Positions 44,857 through 53,543 of a stretch of DNA of 64,000 nucleotides are shown one piece after another. Location: the NCBI GenBank assembly GCA_963760795.1, contig CAVXEP010000032.1:192001-256000 (forward strand), in the 5' to 3' direction. Source of the DNA: an uncultured delta proteobacterium. Lineage in GTDB: Bacteria > Desulfobacterota > Binatia > UBA9968. The translations under genes and the position numbers were made by a program. The notes below the pieces were generated by a model. The model did not search any database. It was not told where the DNA came from and saw only the letters and a program-made list of their open reading frames with translations. The stretch's first letter is position 1. Each line of letters starts with the position of its first letter.

Positions 44857-45838
44857 CTACCCCAACTCGCGCACCACGTCTCGCGCTTTCTTGTCATTGC
44901 GAAGCCCGACAAACGAGGCATGCCGCAAGTGATCGTCCGGTGTCCATTCCGTAAATTCGATTTGTACGACTAGCCGAGGTTTGAGCCAGACGCAGTTTTT
45001 CATTTCTTCAGCAGTAAGCGCCCATTGGGTGCGTCTCTTTTTCTCCGGCAGATTCGCGAACGGGCAGACATCGGTTTCCAGTGGTTTCATCCGGGCCATG
45101 ACCTCGCGCCGTACATGGTGCACAAAGCCGGCGCGAACTTTACCGGCGTAGAGCAGCTTGTCGCCCTGATAATACCCTACGATTATGGCATCGAATGGAT
45201 TGCCAGGCGTGTAGCCGCCAACGACGAGCTCCTGGCCTTGGTTGACCTTATATTTGACCCAGGCTCCGCTGCGCTTGCCAGGCTCGTAAAACGAATCTTG
45301 CCGCTTGGCGATGATACCTTCGAGTCCGAGTTCCGTGATCGCCCGAATCATGTCGTGGGCGGAAGCGGTGACGGTTTGCGACAGGTCAACCGCTGATGAC
45401 TTCTTACGGACAGGTCCCAACAGGTCGCGTGAGCGCCTCACGGCGTTTCAACAGCGGCTCATGGAGCATGCTTCGGCCACGAAGGATCAGAAGATCAAAG
45501 ACGTAAAAGCGGATCGCGGACGCTTCGGAGCGGTGGCGCTGGAGCGTATTGAACGAGACTTGACCCGCGGAATCCATCGCGACGATCTCGCCGTCGACAA
45601 GCGTGCCGGTCGGCAGAAGTTCACATGCTTTGGCAATTGCGGGGAACTGAGACGTGAGAGCATTTGCTCTGCGCGACCACAGGCTCACGCCGCTGGCATC
45701 CTTCCCTGCCAAACATCGATAGCCGTCTAACTTGATTTCGTAGAGCCAGTCCGGTCCTTCGGGCAGGTTACGGACGCCGAGCGCATACATCGGCTCGATA
45801 AAGCTGATTTTCTCTGGAAGTGATTTCGGCACGCTCAT
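44857..45838 (-). CDS. ligD: ATP-dependent DNA ligase (LigD ligase domain); frameshift near 45430
   Basis: YEIKLDGYR, LVDGEIVA, FYVFDLL, then LEGIIAK, WVKYK, IEFTEWTPDDHLRHASFVGLRNDK. Confidence 0.88.
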
Positions 45839-45974
45839 GTTAACGGGTGGAGAAGGGCGTTGCTAAAAGGCAACCGAGGCCCATTGCGTGAAGATGAGCG
45901 CCGAGCCCGAAGACGCGCCCGATCCTCAAGCCCGCGGGTGCGTATTCGTGTTTGCGCACTGAGCCCCAATTCTT

Positions 45975-46823
45975 TCAAATCAAATGAAACTTCTTCTCTA
46001 AAATTCTTAATGCATCGCACGGCAGGTCTTTCCTAAATGCCGGTATGCTCGGCGCAGCTTCCAGTTTTTTTAGTAAGTCATCTTGCGCTTTTCGCCGGGC
46101 GTTAGGACCACCGGGCAAGGCTTTGTTAAAATCAAACCCTTGTAAAATGCGTTTCATCGCTGCTTTGTCTTGGGCATCCTTTTTTTGTTGGAGCGTCTGT
46201 CGTTTTTTGCTTCTAACTTGGGCTTTTAGCTCGTTCCGTCTTCGATTGTCGTAAATCTTGCCACAGGTTTTGGGGTTACAGCAGACCTGCCGCTGACGCT
46301 TTTTGGCGAAGAACTTTTGACACACCAAGCAGCTTCCTAGGTTTAGGATTTCGCCCGTTTCTAACAGTCGAGCGAGGTCAAGCCACATAGCCCCGGCGTC
46401 GATTGAAAATGAACCGTTGCCCGTTTTAATCTTGCCGCGCGGGTTAGAAAGTAAACGCCATTGCGGCTTGCGCGCTCGGGCGTTAACGAAGCGGACTAGC
46501 TGGCGCAATCGATTAACCGGAGTCAGGTATTTCACGATGATCGTTTTCTTGAAATGTTCTCGAATATCTCTGTTTACTGTCCAGGGTAGTGTGGCTTCCG
46601 GTGCGACTAGGTGTCGAAGCTCATCTTGAATTCGCTCGTGACGTTCTCGGTTTTTTGCCAGTACCGCGTCTCCCGATTCATTTCCAAACATCCATTTGTG
46701 GAGAAGGGACCCTTCGCCCTCCTTGGCGAACTTGTGGCTTTTTGGAGGCGACGTGTTTAGGTAATGAATCAGTTTGGTGAGTTCGGCGCTTGGTCCGGTC
46801 ATATAAAAAGAAGTTCCTACCAT
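45975..46823 (-). CDS. Hypothetical protein with CGNR-like zinc finger
   Basis: CLVCQKFF....QVCCNPKTCG..YDNRRR; divergent from the MerR-like HTH gene. Confidence 0.6.
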   Translation of the reverse strand: MVGTSFYMTGPSAELTKLIHYLNTSPPKSHKFAKEGEGSLLHKWMFGNESGDAVLAKNRERHERIQDELRHLVAPEATLPWTVNRDIREHFKKTIIVKYLTPVNRLRQLVRFVNARARKPQWRLLSNPRGKIKTGNGSFSIDAGAMWLDLARLLETGEILNLGSCLVCQKFFAKKRQRQVCCNPKTCGKIYDNRRRNELKAQVRSKKRQTLQQKKDAQDKAAMKRILQGFDFNKALPGGPNARRKAQDDLLKKLEAAPSIPAFRKDLPCDALRILEKKFHLI

Positions 46824-46901
46824 GTGAAACGATTTTTGTTGATCTAATGCTATATCGGATTTAGATTGCGGTCAACAACGTTAAGCAGAAAGGGGCAATA
46901 C

Positions 46902-47084
46902 ATGTTGATTTCAGAAATCGCCGAGAAGGCTGGCCTGCATCCCGAGACTATCAGGCGCCTAGAAAAACGCGGGCTCATTAGTTCCAAGCGCGACGTGAAC
47001 GGCTGGCGCAATTACTCGCCGGAGGTTCTCGTTAAATTAAAAAGTCTCTATGTGCGCGGCACTGAGGAGCAAACAGCAGCGTAA
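46902..47084 (+). CDS. MerR-type HTH small DNA-binding protein
   Basis: MLISEIAEKAGLHPETIRRLEKRGLISSKRDVNGWRNYS. Confidence 0.85.
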   Translation: MLISEIAEKAGLHPETIRRLEKRGLISSKRDVNGWRNYSPEVLVKLKSLYVRGTEEQTAA

Positions 47085-47166
47085 CGTATTTTGTCATGAG
47101 TCCGGTGCGGGTAAAAAAAGCCCGCCGGCCACCACGCCGAACGGGCTTTAAACGAAAGGAAATGAT

Positions 47167-47403
47167 GTGCAGACCATTACCGCAGCCAAACAATTTAGTC
47201 AACGACGAAGAATCGACCCCGACTTTGAGCCCGAGCTTCGCAAGCTCTTCGATCTTGCATTTGTTTTTCTAAACGCCAGTGACGGCGACATGGCGGAAGC
47301 TGAGGGCTTACTTGATGACTTCATTGATCTGCTTTTCGAAGGCGGCGTTTTGTCTACGTGGCGCTATCGAATCTTACTGGCACAGGTGCGCGAGGGTCTG
47401 TGA
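47167..47403 (+). CDS. Hypothetical protein
   Basis: AAAGGA RBS; stop overlaps the primase GTG. Confidence 0.55.
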   Translation: MQTITAAKQFSQRRRIDPDFEPELRKLFDLAFVFLNASDGDMAEAEGLLDDFIDLLFEGGVLSTWRYRILLAQVREGL

Positions 47404-49399
47404 GTAATCTCGATACTGCGATCGGTTATCGGCGCCGCGGCTTCTCGGTTATCCCGATCAGGCCCAAAGGTAAAAAACCCTCGTCGCCTGGGAACCCTTT
47501 CAGTCAGAACCCGCATCCGAAGAAATTATCAAATTTTGGTTTACCAATTGGCCTAACGCAAACATAGCAATCGTGACGGGCGCTATCTCGGATGTTGTTG
47601 TGATTGACCTGGACAGCGACGGAGCCAAGGAGAAGATCAAGGCGCTAGTCCCTGACTATGATCTTTCCGCTGTGCCAAGAGTGCGGACCGGCCGCGGCGG
47701 GTATCATCTGTTTTTCAAGCATCCGGGGGGCAGCGTTCAAACTCGCGCGGGCGTTCTTCCAAAGACCGACATCCGCGCCGATGGCGGCTATGTCGTCACG
47801 GCGCCTTCTATCCATGAGAGCGGGAAAACCTACATATGGGAAGTACCGGTAAGCGCGGAACTGCCCACATTGCCCCCAGAGCTATTCAAGCTTCTTTCGG
47901 CGCCATCTAGCAACAACAACAACAACGACAATGGCTATCGCGAGCGATTCAATACAGCGCAATCGCTAGACGGAGTTCCCGAAGGCCAGCGCGATGAAAC
48001 CATTTTTAAACTCGCCTGCAAATTGAGATCAGCCGATGTGCCGCAAGAGATGGCCGAGACTCTAATTGTTGAAGCCGCGAGAAACTGCCAGCCGGCGTTT
48101 TCTGAAAAAGTAGCATTAGAGAAAGTCAAAAGGGCTTATGTTCGATACCAGCCGACGGGAGCGAAGGGACCACCTAATCAGAAGGAAATATGGCCAGAGT
48201 TTTTGACCGCGAAAGAGATTCTTCAGGCGCCGAAGGATCCGACCCGATGGATAGTTTCGGAGTGTTTGCCGGCTGGCGGTGCTTCCGTCCTAGTCGCGAA
48301 GCCGAAGGTAGGAAAGAGCACAATCGCCGCGGACCTCGCTATATCGGTATCGCGTGGCGAACCATGGCTAGAGCGCTCGACACAACAATCGCCAGTTGCC
48401 TACGTATTCCTTGACGGTCCGCTTACCGATATTGCCGATACGTTCGTGCAGCTTGGGCTGCGTGAATCGGATCCGGTGTTCATTCATGCCGGCAGCGCGC
48501 CTGCTGATTCTATCCCGTGGATACTGGCCGCGGTGAAAGAGAAAGGCGCCCGGCTGGTGATCATCGATGTTTTACAGAAGTTCTGCCGGTTCGAAAACAT
48601 CAACGACTATTCCGAAGTCTCGACGAAGATGGAGCCCCTACTCGAGGCGGCCCGGGCCGGGAACTGCCACTTGATGACGTTGCATCACGCCAAGAAGGAT
48701 TCCCACGACGACCTTGACGCGGCGATTGGATCAACGGCCATCCGGGGGCTTTGCTACACCTACGTATTCGCCAAGCGGCTGGCTAATAGCGAGCGGCGCA
48801 TCCTGAGCAGCGACCAACGCGGCGGAAAAAACTTCGGCGAAGTGGGTATCGGCTTCGATAAACTCACCGGGCGGCTTTACGTGCAAGGCACGATTGACGA
48901 TGTTGAGATCGAAGAGGCATCGCCGTTGATTCTCAAAGTGCTTGAAGGCGACGACGAACAGCGCGAGAACGAAATCCGAAAGTCCGTTCCTATGCGCGGC
49001 TGGATTGTCGGCAAGGCGCTGCGTTCGTTAGTCAAAAAAGGTGACGTTGAGCGCACTGGTACCGGGAAGAAGGGAAGCGCATTCCGCTATTCTCTAGCCT
49101 CTAACCTGCTGGCCAATAGCGAAGGACCGATGGGCCATTCCGATGGCCTCTTAGGAAGGGGGATTGTTAAGGGGGAAACGGATTCTAGTCCCTCTTTTCA
49201 TTCTCTAGGAAACGGCACTGTGGGACTAGCATCCCAAAAAAACCTTCAAGATGTTGAAAACACTAAAAAAGATTCTAGTCCCAAGGTTCGGGACGAGCAT
49301 GGGACGAGCAGGGACGAGAATCTTTTTTCGGGGGGGTCGGGACTAGCATTTACTGGCGCCGAAAATGTTCCTGAAAGTGGCTGGACAAAGGTGCGATGA
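47400..49399 (+). CDS. Bifunctional primase/polymerase + PriCT + AAA (RepA-like) helicase; frameshift near 47479
   Basis: GFSVIPIRPKGKK[P]LVAW..WPNANIAIVTG..VVIDLD, RTGRGGYHLFF, DIRADGGYVV, VPEGQRD, AKPKVGKS, LVIIDV, LHHAKK. Confidence 0.9.
49181..49350. repeat. Iteron cluster (putative ori) in the 3' end of the primase gene
   Basis: GATTCTAGTCCC at 49181 and 49271; opposite-sense GGGAC(T/G)AG(C/A)A at 49222, 49290, 49301, 49311, 49339, around A-rich 49236-49270. Confidence 0.7.
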
Positions 49400-49596
49400 G
49401 ATACGCCGAAGACATACTGATTGAAGTCAAGATTCTTGACGATGGCGCCATACTGGGGCGTCGCAAAGATCGAAAGCCGATGACCGCGGTCGACCTAAAA
49501 GCGGCGCAGCAGTTGGCAGACAGTGAGCCGGGAATCACGGTCGGTGACGTGCTGCGAGTAATTCCGGGCGCAAAGGTTCTACAGAAAGGCCGATGA
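49396..49596 (+). CDS. Hypothetical protein
   Basis: ATGA overlap with the primase stop. Confidence 0.55.
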   Translation: MRYAEDILIEVKILDDGAILGRRKDRKPMTAVDLKAAQQLADSEPGITVGDVLRVIPGAKVLQKGR

Positions 49597-49663
49597 GACA
49601 GTTTAGTTTCACGGGATTTTAGAAAACCAAGGAGAGGCTCATTTCTCTCGGAGACCTGATTTT

Positions 49664-50038
49664 ATGATCACCACAGGCGCGCTGAATTTTGAGAGGGTTG
49701 GATTATCCGAGCTAATCATCACCGCCGGCCCGGACAGTCTGCGAACTATCACCAGCGCCGCCGCGATGCATGAACACGCGGTCCAGATTCGCGCGGCATT
49801 GGCGCAATTAGCTCAGCACGGGACGCCGCGCATCATGGACATTGTGCTAAACCACAATCGCTTTTCTTCCCCATACGTCCCTTACCTGTTTACGATTACC
49901 GCCGAGGGCTCGCAGCGTAAGCTTGATGTCGGTACCCGCGGTTACATATGCGTTGCTGACCATCGCCCTGGTGTTCTTACTAGCGGTTTGGTCGAACCTT
50001 CAGTCTTGGAGTCATTAGCCGACTTTTTGGATGGATGA
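49664..50038 (+). CDS. Hypothetical protein
   Basis: 124-aa ORF with GGAG RBS in the satellite operon. Confidence 0.6.
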   Translation: MITTGALNFERVGLSELIITAGPDSLRTITSAAAMHEHAVQIRAALAQLAQHGTPRIMDIVLNHNRFSSPYVPYLFTITAEGSQRKLDVGTRGYICVADHRPGVLTSGLVEPSVLESLADFLDG

Positions 50039-50059
50039 TAAACAAGGAGAAATCTATTT

Positions 50060-50676
50060 ATGAGTATAGATCTTGAACAATTGCGCACCGACCGCGGCCA
50101 GATCGCCAACGATCGCGCATGGCGAGAACCGCGGCGCCTGTTGGAAGATTTAGAACCAGAGTTAGCCGAATTACGCGGCGAAAGGGCTGTGCTTGAAAAT
50201 CCGCCGGCATCGGTCAAGTCAACGGCGGACAGGATTTTACGCGAGTGGAATCCTTCGCCGACCGATCCGAAGGGGTTGGCGACAGCGGTTCGCGAGCTGC
50301 GTAGCGCCGCCATCGGCGCCTTGCAACTGATTTTTGACAAGCCCGCAGAGATCGCGGCATTACTGGAGGAGATCGAAACCGTAATCCGGCAACCTTTACG
50401 AGTACCAGCCCGGCCGTGCTCGCCGCTGTCTATCGTAGACGGATCGCGCCGTTACTTGGCAACGCCAAGGGCCTTGAGACCATCGTTGATGAGCTGTTGC
50501 GCCAGGAGCAAGACGCGCTTGCGCTGGCAAAGCAGCATTTAGAAGCGCAGCAGGCAAACCAAGCTGAGCCCGTACCGAAACAGCGTCGCACGCTTTCGAC
50601 TGTGCTGTCCCCCGACGATGAGCCCAAGCATCGGTCGTCGCGCGAATTCTCGGTGCTATCCGGCTCGGTGCGATAA
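50060..50676 (+). CDS. Helical coiled-coil protein, probably one gene frameshifted near 50410
   Basis: AAGGAG RBS; 50060-frame and 50416-frame ORFs join into a continuous helical sequence. Confidence 0.55.
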
Positions 50677-50692
50677 TTGGCCGAGCGCAGGT

Positions 50693-51238
50693 ATGAGCGA
50701 GCCGGCGAAAAATCCGTTTGACCTGTTAGTCGATCAGATCCGCGAAGTTGTGCGCGAAGAGATCCGGGCAACCACAAAGGAGACCCCGCAGAAGAGTCTT
50801 TTTTCAACCAAAGAGGCGGCCGCCATTTTGAACGTCGAAGAGTCATGGCTTGGCGCGAAAGCGAGAGCCGGAAAAATTCCGCACCGTATGCTTGGCCACT
50901 ACCGTTATTTTTCCGTGAGCGACATTGACGAGATCATTGCAAGCGCTGGTGTACCCGTGGTACACATGAGCCATGAAGGGCAAGGAGTTCAAGCGAACAC
51001 GGAAGGCGTTGAAGATGAGTCAAGCCCAACTGGCGAAAGTGATGGGCGTTACGGTGACGGCGGTGGCGAGATGGGAGAGGGACGAGCGGCCAATCTCCGG
51101 GCCGGTAGCGTTGGCGATGAAACTCTTGCTCGAAAAAAAATAGCCGGAGGGGAAAATGTCGACACACAAAACCAGCGCGGACACTTGGGAAGTCAGATTT
51201 CGAGTCCAAGGGCAGCAAAAGCAAAAGACCTTTCGTAA
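50693..51238 (+). CDS. Excisionase-like HTH_17 protein with a long acidic tail
   Basis: LFSTKEAAAILNVEESWL..ARAGKIPHRMLGHYRYFS; the tail overlaps an XRE gene and the integrase start. Confidence 0.7.
   Translation: MSEPAKNPFDLLVDQIREVVREEIRATTKETPQKSLFSTKEAAAILNVEESWLGAKARAGKIPHRMLGHYRYFSVSDIDEIIASAGVPVVHMSHEGQGVQANTEGVEDESSPTGESDGRYGDGGGEMGEGRAANLRAGSVGDETLARKKIAGGENVDTQNQRGHLGSQISSPRAAKAKDLS
50973..51143 (+). CDS. XRE/Cro-like HTH regulator, 56 aa
   Basis: Not in the ORF track. MKGKEFKRTRKALKMSQAQLAKVMGVTVTAVARWERDERPISGPVALAMKLLLEKK; preceded by palindrome GTGTAC-N5-GTACAC (50949-50965). Confidence 0.8.
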   Translation: MKGKEFKRTRKALKMSQAQLAKVMGVTVTAVARWERDERPISGPVALAMKLLLEKK

Positions 51239-52051
51239 CTACCGGGCGGCGGTGAGTTTTGACGAGAAAACCAAAACGCAATTGCGCGACGGCGACTACG
51301 TGGCGCCGTCGGTTTTCAACGTGAAGGAGATCGTTGAAAAGTGGCTGGAGGCGCGCCGGCCCCGGTGGAAGGAGCAAACCTATCTCAGCCACAAAACACA
51401 CTTGAGCAAATACATCACGCCACGGCTTGGGGAGATAAAGGCAACGAGCCTTCGGGCGGTTGATGTGGAGACGGCCGGCGCCGAGTGGGAAAAATCAGTG
51501 AGCGCGAAAACCGTCAACAAAATATTCGCCACGTTGGCGAGTTGAACGCCTTGCGTTGGGCGACGATTAGTTTCAAAACTTCAAAGATTTTTGTGAACCG
51601 ATCGCTAACCGAGCTCAAAGGCGGCGCCGTACTCGAAAAGCCCAAGACACCTAACGCATATGGTTACGTCAAGGTACCGGCCGAGCTTGTCGCAGAGCTT
51701 CGACGCTGGAAACTTCGCTGTCCGCCGTCGCCGAACGACTTTGTTTTTGCCGATGAGTTGGGCCGGCCGATGAACCGCAAGCCAAACAACCGGATGCTTA
51801 AAGCGGTATGCGATCGCGCCCAAGTCCGAGCCTTGACGATGAATAACTTGCGCCATTCCTTTGCCAGCCAACACTTGATCGCTGGAACCGCGCCGCTCGA
51901 AGTCTCAAAACTCATGGGCCATAGCGATCCGGCCGTCACGCTGAAAGTTTATTCACGATGGGCAGAGCGAGAAGAGTCAAAGGCGGAACTGGCACTGGCG
52001 AGCCGGATATTCGGAGCCGCAGAACCGCAGGAACAAACCGGGAGCGAGTGA
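51156..52051 (+). pseudogene. int: Tyrosine integrase with internal deletion and frameshift
   Basis: Arm-binding/SAM N-part up to NKIFATL, then directly VGELNALRW in another frame; NNLRHSFAS, LMGHSDPAVTLKVY. Box I TGxR is missing. Confidence 0.88.
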
Positions 52052-52599
52052 TGAAAGAGGACGCACCATTCGAGACCGTAACCAAGTTGGAAGCGGCAGA
52101 GCGGCAGTTGCGTGTCGCTATCCGAATGTTCTTTGAGTGTAAAGACATGATCGCGGTCCACGTACTTGCGGTTGGCGCGCAGGAAATTTTCAGCAAATTG
52201 GGTAAGAAGCATGGATTCAAAGGAATGTGGGAATCTATCGACTCTTTACCGCCGGAAAACAAAAAAGTGCTTGTCGACCATCTGAGAAAGGCGCAGAATT
52301 TCTTTAAGCATGCCAGCCGGGACCCAGAGGAGAAATTAGACTTCGATTATGAGGATACACGCTTTGTCCTTTTTGATGGGGTTGGGCTATGCCACGCCCT
52401 CATCGGTCGCTTCAGCCCAGAGATGACGATGTATCTCGGCTGGTTTGCGTCAAAGTACCCCGCGATGCTGAGACTAACGCCGCTGAGAGAAATACTCATC
52501 GATTCGACCAGCAAAATTAACTTTGAAAACTTCGAGAACGTCCTTCAGTTCCTCGATAAGCGGAACACTGAAGGTCAACACAAGGTCAACATGACGTGA
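52051..52599 (+). CDS. Helical protein, HEPN-like (inferred)
   Basis: TKLEAAERQLRVAIRMFF..D..AVHVLA and LRKAQNFFKHA; ATG overlaps the int stop. Confidence 0.6.
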   Translation: MKEDAPFETVTKLEAAERQLRVAIRMFFECKDMIAVHVLAVGAQEIFSKLGKKHGFKGMWESIDSLPPENKKVLVDHLRKAQNFFKHASRDPEEKLDFDYEDTRFVLFDGVGLCHALIGRFSPEMTMYLGWFASKYPAMLRLTPLREILIDSTSKINFENFENVLQFLDKRNTEGQHKVNMT

Positions 52600-52647
52600 G
52601 ATTTTCTGAAGTAAGGTCAGTTAAGAGAAACATGCAACCCGTTGATT
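52571..52647. promoter_or_regulatory. Arm-type sites and IHF site next to attR
   Basis: AAGGTCAACACAAGGTCAACATGACG at 52571; reverse complement of 52635-52647 is AATCAACGGGTTG, matching WATCAANNNNTTR. Confidence 0.65.
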
Positions 52648-52698
52648 TACATAGCGCAGGTGAGTTGATAACACCGGATGAACGCAATGTCCCATCGT

Positions 52699-52744
52699 TT
52701 CCTAATCCTGAGGCCGCGCGTTCGAATCGCGCCGGGGGCATTTT
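52699..52744 (+). repeat. attR: displaced 3' half of tRNA-Arg
   Basis: Identical to 39977-40022. Confidence 0.95.
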
Positions 52745-52978
52745 AAATCAAGTCTCTCCCACGCCGGTTGCAAGTTATCCTCTGTCGAAGTTTCTCCATG
52801 GTGTGGCGTTTTCAACTTATTGAATCTGCCGTCGGATACAGCAACTGGCCGAATGGTTTGGGCTGGAGGTTGCCCAGGTCGTGGCAATTGCGCGCGCGCC
52901 TCTAACTAACCCCTTTCTTCTCCTGCTTGCATTACCACCTGGTATAGCGATAAGAGTGCGGCAAGGAAAAGGTGCACC

Positions 52979-53245
52979 ATGCCGACATATGACCTAACTG
53001 TTCGTTGCAAGGATTGCGGCCACGATCATTCGATTCTCATGAGGCTCCACATCGAAGAGGGTGCGGACCGCAAGCAAAGCATCGCTGAGCTATATCATGG
53101 GCGTTCTGTCCCTCCACAGGTTGCGGCCATTCGCGGGCACCTCGCGTTCTGTCACAAAACGGGTAGGAAGTTCCCGCTGGAAAACGATAGCGAAATTTAT
53201 TTAGTGCCGCCGACGGTTTTCAGACGATATACGGTCACCCAATAA
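52979..53245 (+). CDS. Small Cys/His protein
   Basis: CKDCGHDH...CHKTG; AAGG RBS. Confidence 0.55.
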   Translation: MPTYDLTVRCKDCGHDHSILMRLHIEEGADRKQSIAELYHGRSVPPQVAAIRGHLAFCHKTGRKFPLENDSEIYLVPPTVFRRYTVTQ

Positions 53246-53474
53246 GCGCGCCAAAAGCCTGGTTAATAACGCCAACATCATTCATAAAGTCGATTAGGTT
53301 GTGTCCCGTAACGCACTCCCCGGGCTTGGTGTGGCGGAGCGAAGCCTGCCATCGCTATCAAGAGCCGAATTGACCAATGCGATAAAGGCGGCCAACTGTC
53401 TTTCCAGGTTTTTTTTCATGTGGTAAGTGTTCTTAAGTGTTGCAGCTTCCGGTCTGTTTTTCAGTCCCGTATTG

Positions 53475-53502
53475 GCACGTGCGAATCGCGCCGGTGGCAT
53501 TT
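53475..53502 (+). repeat. Degenerate tRNA-Arg 3' end (older att remnant)
   Basis: gcacgtgcgaatcgcgccggtggcattt versus tRNA gcgcgttcgaatcgcgccgggggcattt, 25/28 identical. Confidence 0.7.
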
Positions 53503-53543
53503 ACTTTGTTTACGAGTTACCGACAATCGAGGAGATAGTTGCC

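Larger units (their letters stand above)
39977..52744. mobile_element. 12.7-kb phage-satellite-like integrated element
   Basis: 46-bp identical direct repeats 39977-40022 and 52699-52744 (tRNA 3' half). Carries integrase, xis, primase-helicase, TerS and TerL; no capsid, portal or tail recognised. Confidence 0.9.

Noticed and set aside
47911-47933. (CAA)n microsatellite as a phase-variation tract
   Set aside because: In-frame triplet repeat encoding a poly-Asn linker.
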